Source: Octopus sinensis (taxonomy: Eukaryota). From it: a DNA stretch of 41,631 nucleotides. The stretch's first letter is position 1. Each line of letters opens with the position of its first letter. Of this stretch, positions 33,651-41,631 are shown piece by piece. A program made the position numbers and the translations under genes. The stretch is from NCBI RefSeq assembly GCF_006345805.1, contig NW_021835280.1, forward strand, positions 1 to 41,631, read 5' to 3'. A model generated the notes under the pieces. That model worked only from the letters and a program-made list of their open reading frames with translations, was not told where the DNA came from and ran no database searches.

Positions 33651-34572
33651 TATGCAATTGTGTTTTATTATCGGACATTTATTTATAAGTGAATAGAGAG
33701 TGAGCAAGATTACGCAAAACTTGGCAAAAATGAGCAAGTGCAGAAAATTCTATTCCGAATGTCAATTAATTACAAGGGGTAGGGTTAATGTTTATTGATC
33801 TCCCGTTTTGGAACCGGATCAGATAGGTTTGTTTACTCTGTTAAGTCAGCCTATTTGTATTCGTTCATGACACATCGCTATAGAGCAGTATATAGTTTTT
33901 GCCTGATGGACGTCCTGATCGGATATCAGTATGGAATGCCTTTTAGAATTAAAAAACACGTTAGGGTGAGTATTGACGTTCAAATTCAATTTCAATTAAA
34001 AGCCTTTTGGATCAGCGGAGCAACTAAATTCAGGTAAACTCTCATGACTTAAGTAAAGTAATTCTGGCCTTCAAAACCGTTTGTCTATTGGAAAAAAATC
34101 TTTTTGCTATAATGACAGCCGGGTTGTAACAAAAACTCGAATATAGTCTCGATGGTTCATTATTATGACGCATTGCTTAGAAGCATAAAAAAGTTATAAT
34201 CCCACTCATATTCATCTTTGAAACTTTATGATGAAATTTTAATTCCTTAGCATAAACCGGAAAAGAGCAATTGACCGCTAAAAAATTAAGACCAGTTATA
34301 TTACTACGAACATTAAGAAAGACACGGGAATTAAAAGATTTAATTCGAAAAAAAGGAAGAAACTGGTATTTACTAGAAGTTAACAAAGCCATCTATCCGA
34401 AGTGGACCCCGCCAACATAATTGACGTTGCGTTGCCTCTCACGATAGCAACGGAGATCAACTGGAGAAGCCATTAAACACTATAATTATAAACACTATAA
34501 TTAACAGGCGCTGTTGTGGTGTGAAGAAAAGAAAAAATAAGAAAAAAAAGAAAGGAAAAATCGGAAAAGTAC

Positions 34573-34803
34573 ATGCAAGAAACTGCAAAAGAAGATGAGA
34601 TCTGCAAAAAATGCAACACGATGAACAAAAGAAAGAGGATGATTCATTGCACGGCCTGCTCGTGTGGCTTCCACATGTCCTGTGCCGAAATGACTAAAAG
34701 AGCCCTGGCACTCATTTCTGATTGGCATTGTCGGGCATGTCTCCAACCAGAGAATGCGACAAACTCTCCCATACGCTACCCTTCCAAACATGTTCCACTA
34801 GAC
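34573..34803 (+). CDS. PHD-finger ORF, probably the N-terminus of the CRE-like ORF, cut by the hAT
   Basis: CKKC..MIHCTAC..FHMSC..WHCRAC (C4HC3); the frame runs into the hAT TIR at 34804. Confidence 0.7.
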
Positions 34804-36030
34804 CAGGGGTCGGCAAAAGCGGGCTCGCGAGCCTTTAGAGGCTCTTTAACTCTTAAGTAGGCTCTTTCAATTTTTAACTATTTTTTTTGTTTTGTTAATA
34901 ATAAAAAATCTTTTCACGTTTAACATTAATTTTTTGTGTTACATCGATATATGCCTAGCAAAAAAAATTAATAGAAAATCGATAATGCGCGACATTTTCA
35001 ATCAAAATGGACTGAAACTTTTGCATTCACGTCTAATTCAGAACAACTACCGAAATGTCTCATTTGCCAGGAAACTTTGAATCAAAATAAAAAGTCAAAT
35101 TTAGAGAGACACTTTAACACAAAACACTCATATTTCGCAAAAAAATATCCAATTGGTGGTTCGCGAAAGAAAGCTGTAGAAGAACTTGCAAAGAATAATC
35201 AGATTGAGAATTCCGCTTTTTAATATTGGTATCACAATACCAGGACTGCAAATATTGCCGGTTTTTTGATAAACCACGAGATCGCAAAAAGGGGAAAACC
35301 ATTTACCGATAGCGAATTTATAAAGGCATGTTTCATTAAAACCTCTGAAGAACTTTTTCACGATTTTTCAAATAAGGCAGAAATCGTGAATAAGATAATG
35401 AATATACCTTTATCTGCGAAAATAGTAGCCGACAGGACTTTTAAGATGTCTTCGAATGTATCTGTTCAACAAGTTTCTGACATGAAATTGTCTAATTCAA
35501 TTTCAATAGCAATAAATGAATCATGTGATATAAATGACATTGCACAAGTATCATTGTTCATGTCATACTTAGGTGTCTCTGTTTGTTCGTTATGTGTCTC
35601 GAGGTTTCTTGAGGCAAGAACTTTTGCCATTATTGCCTCTAAACCCGTGGTGAAGATCTTGTTGGCGCAGTCGTAGAATATTTTGAAACGAATTATATTC
35701 CTCTTAATAAAATCGTTTCAATTTCAACTGACGGTGCTGCAAGCATGCTGGGATCGAGAAAGGGATTTATAACTTTAATTAAAAGGTGAATTGATCATGA
35801 AGTGATTACTCTACATTGTATTATCCACCTAGAAGCACTCTCTGCGCAAACGTTTCCGAAAGAAATTTTAGAAGTGATGGAATTGGTCATAAAGATTACT
35901 AACTTCATTATATCAAGAGTAATATATTATATATTTAAGGGACTTAATCATCGGCTATTTAAAGAGTTGTTAAACGAAACCAACAACGAGTATATTGATC
36001 TACTTCAATACAACAAAGTTCGCTGTCTTT
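34804..36030 (+). mobile_element. hAT (Charlie/GTF2IRD2-like) left part with two introns; right end deleted
   Basis: TIR CAGGGGTCGGCAA after CACTAGAC. CLICQE..LERHF..KH, IAKRGKPFTD, NESCDINDIAQ, KIVSISTDGA, HCIIHLEAL, LNHRLF. Introns at 35548-35572 and 35919-35939. Confidence 0.85.
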
Positions 36031-38210
36031 GAGGAATCACATTTCTCATTAATGTGTCTAATTAGTTTAATTTTTTTGAGAAGCCTATCTCTGACACTCA
36101 GAGACTACGAAATGCGATCCGTCGAAAACTTTTGGAAGGTGGAATACGTGCTGCTGTGAGGACTCTGGCAGACCAACACCGTATAATTGAGCCGTCTGAA
36201 CAGTCCTACGCATCACTTGTTGATCGTCACCCAAGTCCCCCAGACGATCATCGGATTGCTCCTTGCCCAGGACAATTACCCAATCTACTTGTCTCCGAAG
36301 AAGACGTAAAAGATGGGATTCTCTCCTTTGTACCGAGCAGCAGTGGTGGACTAGATGGGCTCCGTCCGGGCCACCTCAAAGATCTTATTGGTCGCAACAC
36401 GGGCAATTCTGGGGTCCGGCTTGTGCTGGCTATCACCAAACTAATGAACAGGATGCTATCAGGGACACTACCAGAAACAATTCGACATGTAATTTTCTCT
36501 GCCAAGCTAATCGCATTCGACAAGAAGGGAGGGGGAGTACGCCCTATTGCTGTTGGCCTGGTCTTTCGTCGTTTGGCCTCAAAGCTTGTTGGCAGAGCAA
36601 TCCTGCCTACGTTGATAACACAATTACAACCAGCCCAATTTGGGGTCGGTTCACCGGGGGGTTGTGAGGCGGCAGTCCATGCTGTCCGAAGATTCACTGA
36701 AAAGAACGAGACACTCCTTTTGTAATCGTCAAAATCGACATTAAAAACGTCTTCAACTCGATACGACGTGATACAATTCTGGAGGATTGCCCCACACATT
36801 ACCCATCAGTGTACAGCTATATTCATAGTTCTTATGGAAAACCATCGAGTTTGGTGCACGGCCAATATCACATCCCATTGTGTTCTGGAGTCCAACAAGG
36901 AGACCCATTGGGCCCTGCCTTGTTTAGCCTGGGAATTGCCCGTGTCACCAAATATTGTTCGACTCCTCTGAAGGTATGGTATTTGGATGATTGCACAATG
37001 GGCGGCCAGCCGAAGTATGTGCTAGATTGCCTTAAAAGTCTGATAGCCCAATTGGAATCCCTATGCCTAACCCTGAACACCAATAAGTGCGAAGTTATCA
37101 ATTTTGGATTTCCGCTTACGTTCTTCGGGGTGCACCCTGCTACCTGAAAACGCAACAGCTCGACAATATCGATTGTCTCTTTCGGATCACAATTGAACGC
37201 ATTACGAATGTGAAATTCGAAGACCAAGGGTGGGACCAAGCGACCCTACCCGTTAACCTGGGCGGACTGGGTATCCCTTCTCCGAATGATCTGGCTTGCC
37301 CCGCATATCCTCTTTGGACTCCAGCCAACTGCTGATCAGGATGATTCTCCAACTCCAAACTGAATCATTTGAAATCACAGAGATGGAGCATTCGAGAGGG
37401 ATGATGCCTGAGCAGAAAAATCGTTACAAGACCATCTGCGAGGATAAATACGAGAGGCTTCTGAACCAATCAAACCAACACAGACGTGCCTGTCTAGTGA
37501 CTGGAAGATGCGAATCGAGTGAATCTTGGATCAATGCACTCCCCGTTGATAGTGTCGGAACCCACCTTGACGACAATACTGTCCGCATTGGCATCAGCAC
37601 CAGACTTGGACTGGAGATTTGCCGGACTCACAAATGCCGGTGTGAGGCCACCGTCGATTGTTATGGACACCATGCTCTCTCTTGTCGAAGAAGTGCAGGA
37701 CGATTCCCAAGACACAAGGCGATCAACGAAATTGTCACAAAAATATCCGGATAACCATACATCTCAAGCGAGCCCTGGAGTCTGCAGGATACCCAGCCGT
37801 ATTTGAACCGGTCGGGCTTGACTGAGGAGATGGAAAACGTCCTGATGGGATCACAATTTTCTCATTTGAAGAGGGGAAACCCCTAGTCTGGGACGCAACC
37901 TGTGTGGACATTCTCTGCCCGTCCAACATTGCCGGGAGCGCAGTGGACAGACTGTATGCCGCGGAAAAAACGATGAGGGCAAAGGAGAGAAAATATGAAG
38001 CCCTGCGAGATCGATTTGTGTTCTGTCCGATTGTGGTCGAGACAACTGGAGGAATAAGTGGGAAATCGCTTCGCTTCCTAAAGAAGCTTGGACGCTTAGC
38101 CACATTAAAAAGCCACGACACACGTGAGACCCGGTGGCTTCTCCAGTTGATTTCCGTTGCTATCGTGAGAGGCAACGCAACGTCAATTATGTTGGCGGGG
38201 TCCACTTCGG

Positions 38211-38700
38211 GAATTAAAATATATTGATGAAAACTGGAAGAAAAAAATGAAATTGGGATTCTTATTTGGTGATAGTGAGAAAATGATGTATAAACGAGTC
38301 CTAGCGACTGGAATGTATAGAAAAATTAAACACATATAGATTCAACGGAAAATAATCAAAAAAATCTGCAAATAAGACTATACAACTTAAATATAGCCGG
38401 TATTCATGTAAAACTAGCACATAAGGAGTTACAGAGTTAGAACTCAACAAAATGACATATTTCATCGAAAGCTATTACACACTTTACTTGGTCAAGATTT
38501 GCCAAAGAAGATTTCAAACAAGAAATGGTACTCTACGACACAATCAGTTCCAATAAGCACCAAAATTATTCAATCAAAATGGCGGCTATTTGAACATGTA
38601 CTTAGAATAAATATAAACATTCCTGCAAGCATAACGATGAACATATACTTTAACAATGAAAACAGAACATCGTTTTACTGAAAGACCTGGATTCACTCTC
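38211..38700 (+). mobile_element. RTE-like C-terminal remnant
   Basis: DENWKK..LGFLFGD..KRVLA, IRLYN, KWRLFEHVLR..IPASITM..YF. Confidence 0.65.
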
Positions 38701-38910
38701 CCTGTTGCTCTAAATAAGGATCTTACTGAAATTGGAAGAAAGCTTAAATGTGGGGACTCCCGAAGGGGTAAATCTTAGTCGTCTGCGACATTTATTGCCA
38801 TAATCCATTAAGTATTCATTCATAGCGAAATTAGCAGGAATGGCTGGGCACAGTCTCAAGATGCGGCCAAACAATTTCCAGGATCCTGCCACAATTTCTG
38901 CAATCACCGG
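38701..38910 (-). mobile_element. RTE-like C-terminal remnant, opposite orientation
   Basis: WKLFGRILRLCPAIPANFAMNEY. Confidence 0.6.
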
Positions 38911-39295
38911 TGTATGTGTTTGTAGAGTGACTGATTATTGATTTCAGTAAATTTCGTGTGGAAGGCACAGGTGCTTGGGGTAAAAAGAGTCTATGGTCTT
39001 TAGTTCAGTATTCAAAATCCCCCATATTAGGGAATTATAAAATAGAACAGGTTTCACCAAGGCGTTATAAAGCCTTGATCAGAATAAACGATCTACAGGC
39101 CGAGCATGGAGCCATGCTCTGCGTATTCTGCTTAAAAACGCAGTAGCCAGAAACTTTCTGTGGGCAATGTCTTCACTTTTTCACCAACTCTGATGTACAT
39201 ACATTTTATCTCGGTGTATTTGTTCTAAGAAGTGTTGATTGTGCGGAATCAGTTATTAAATGTTCTCGGAAAATTGTTTAGAAGATTGATTAGAG

Positions 39296-40687
39296 TAGGG
39301 GTGTCAAACTCATTTCGCTTTGAGGGCCGCATTTTGTAAAAATTTCGCCTCGAGGGCCGCATTTATAATAATTTCTCATTAAAAGAAGATTAGTTCTGAT
39401 ATTTATTATGATGAATAACAAAAATAAGAGAAACTAAATTATTCAATTATCGCCCTTTAATTTTTGTAAGAGCTGCTTCCAGAGGATTGACATCTTTTTT
39501 TAGATACAATTTTTGATATGTCAGGCTGAGCTATTCGTGTAGTTCCGACTTTTATTAAAGAGGATAAATGTTTATCAGTTAGTCTTGTTCTTTGAGCAGT
39601 TTTTGTCATTTTCATAAATAAAAAAGCTGTTCACACACATATGTCGAACCAAACATAGCAATGATTTTTGTTGCAAACTTTTTAAAGTTGTTAAACTTTC
39701 CAGAAAGATATGAAAAGAAAGCAGGTATTCCAACCTCCAAATATTTAGCTTTAAATATAGAATCTGATTGGATTTCCAATAGTTCCATTTGTAAACTTTC
39801 ATCTGCATTGGAAACATTAAAAGAGAATGGTGATGCGAATAATGAAAATTGTTGTTCAAAAGACGAAAAATCGTTAAATCTTTCTTGAAATTCATTTAAC
39901 AACGATTCTAATTGTCTTTAATACTGAGAAAAATTCATTACATTATGTGCATCAACAGTACTCCTGAGCTCTTTGCACGTAGGAAAATGAGATAAATCTT
40001 CATTTAATAGCTGAAACTTCCATAATTTTATTTTCAAAATAAAACACTTGATATGATCTGACAACTGAGTTATGAGCTTGTCTTTACCCTGCAATTCTAA
40101 ATTAAGGTCGTTCATATATGTGGTAATTTTCACTGCAAATGCCAAATCTTTGTTTCAAGATTGACTTTTCATTCCGTCTGTGTTTTGCCCTTTCATCTCC
40201 ATAAATAAAATTATTTCCGATCTCAACAAATAAAATCTTTTAACAACTTTGTGAAGTGATAACCAGCGGACTGGAGTATAAAAAGGAATGTCGCTGAACT
40301 GATTATTCATATCTGTCAGCAGTTTACTAAACTGCCGGTGGTTGAGGGGATGACCTCTGATATAGTTTACTGACTAATGCAGTACTTCGATTATGATTTT
40401 GTGTGAAATGAGTTTGTAACGCAGATAATTTTTTTCGCAATTCATTTAGCTTTGAAACACGCATTGGACCTTCTTGGTTAATAAACAACTTAATACCTTC
40501 GAAATAATTGTATGATAGATCATTAGATTGATAATGGGTCTTTAGGTTATATTCTTTAAAAATACAATTAAAATTTTTAATTAAATGTAAAAAAATAAAT
40601 AATAATTTTTTGCATTTTATAGCCATTAAATCAGACCGCACTTATGTTTGGCAAAATACGCTGAGGGCCGCATGTTTGACACCCCTG
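39296..40687 (-). mobile_element. Internally deleted hAT (Charlie/GTF2IRD2-like)
   Basis: TIRs (T/C)AGGGGTGTCAAAC; TSD GATTAGAG (39288-39295, 40688-40695). KEYNLKTHY, LNLELQGK, LQMELLEIQ, MFGSTYVCEQLF. Candidate intron at 40470-40496. Confidence 0.92.
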
Positions 40688-40862
40688 GATTAGAGCATCT
40701 TTGTTATTCAAACCAAAGTCGGCATCGTTACTAATTTTATAAAATCATTAAAATTTTTGAAACAAATTTTAAATGATTTATATATTAAATTATTTAAAAA
40801 TAATTAAAGATAATAATTATTTATTAAATAAACGAGAGAGTTTGATTAATTCTTGTGTGGCA

Positions 40863-41417
40863 ATGTCAAAATCGGAAGTCTTTCTAAGATATTACGTTGG
40901 ACATCGTGGACAATATGGTCATGAATTTCTTGAATTTACATTTAATCCAAATGGTTGAAAATATATTTATGAATCTTAGGTCATTTTCAATATGTTAACA
41001 ACAGTAATTACAAAAACGACATTATGATCCGCAAAGATGTTTTGATGTTTATATATAATCCATAGTCATACATATCCCCTCAAGTCCTCGACGAACTGGC
41101 AAGAATCCTTGAAGACTCCGAGATCCTATCAGAGTCCGATTCTCAGTGGCCTGAGCCAAATTCTGACGGAAAACAGGTTTTTCTTAAAAATGCCAAATAT
41201 CAAGGAATTGGAAATAGTTTTGGGTGATCGACACGTTTCTTTTGTCACTTCGAAGATCGGTTCAATTGTAGAAATGGAGAAATCATTGGGGTTTTTGGTT
41301 GTGATTATGTGTAGTTCCGAAATGGAAGGAATTCGGATTTTTTACGATCTCGTTCAGAACTTGAGGACTTTTGTGTTTTCGTTGGTTCGACTCCACTTTA
41401 AGATCAATCCAATCTAG
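40863..41417 (+). CDS. MAGOH: Mago nashi, exon junction complex core protein
   Basis: [59 protein letters not shown]; four introns of 24-28 nt. Confidence 0.95.
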
Positions 41418-41631
41418 TTTACTTGTCTGTTCTCTTTACTTTTGTTCTTGATTCTAATTAATTTTATTCTTTATTTACTTGAAATTATTTGGTTTGAATG
41501 AGATTTTATCGGAAAATCAAACTTTTTTGTAACTAGAATTATAAATAATCTGTTTGGTTTTTTAATCAAGTTTTTCACTTTTTGGCTGGACATTAATTTC
41601 TATAAAATTTTCTAACTGGTCGTCGTGGAAA

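Larger units (their letters stand above)
34397..38210 (+). mobile_element. CRE-like non-LTR retroelement (PHD - RT - CCHC - RLE) bounded by 76-bp inverted repeats and interrupted by a hAT
   Basis: RT motifs GGLDGLRP, VRPIAVG, QFGVG..GCEA, GVQQGDPLGP, WYLDD; RLE region CRC..H..C..RH, RPDG, WDATC, VETTG, AIVRGN. 34397-34472 is the reverse complement of 38135-38210 (75/76 identical). Confidence 0.85.

Noticed and set aside
33700-34392. Minus-strand host gene next to the CRE inverted repeat
   Set aside because: Short frames exist, but there is no recognisable homology.
906-41417. Ciliate origin or reassigned stop codons (tiny introns as in Paramecium)
   Set aside because: Conserved genes end at TAA or TAG at the expected positions, and the gene set (CREB bZIP, STRAD, transgelin) is animal-like.

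Overview
AT-rich eukaryotic (animal) genomic DNA, not prokaryotic. Host genes use the standard code and are split by very short GT-AG introns (about 20-31 nt, read directly). They include CYB5D1 (ciliary), a STRAD pseudokinase, a transgelin/calponin-family gene, PRCP, a short CREB/ATF1-type bZIP, ENGase (GH85) and mago nashi. Tiny introns plus metazoan and ciliary genes fit a dicyemid mesozoan best; this is inference, not verified. Compact gene clusters alternate with nested transposon islands: at least 7 hAT copies or remnants, 3 Tc1/mariner, Merlin, MULE, a Ginger-like TIR element, CRE-like and other RLE retroelements, RTE remnants and a probable tRNA-SINE. Leading oddities: (1) a 358-nt PRCP intron built from about 5 modules with a conserved core ending in a splice-donor-like GTGA; (2) a CRE-like retroelement bracketed by 76-bp inverted repeats made of its own coding 3' end; (3) host-sized micro-introns in four transposase genes from two superfamilies; (4) a telomere-like hexamer array inside a TG..CA TIR element, interrupted by a retro-insertion. 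Isolated 1-nt indels also appear in conserved host genes (STRAD 5' end, transgelin), so some frameshifts may be assembly errors. All homology calls are from motif recognition, not database searches; remnant boundaries are approximate.
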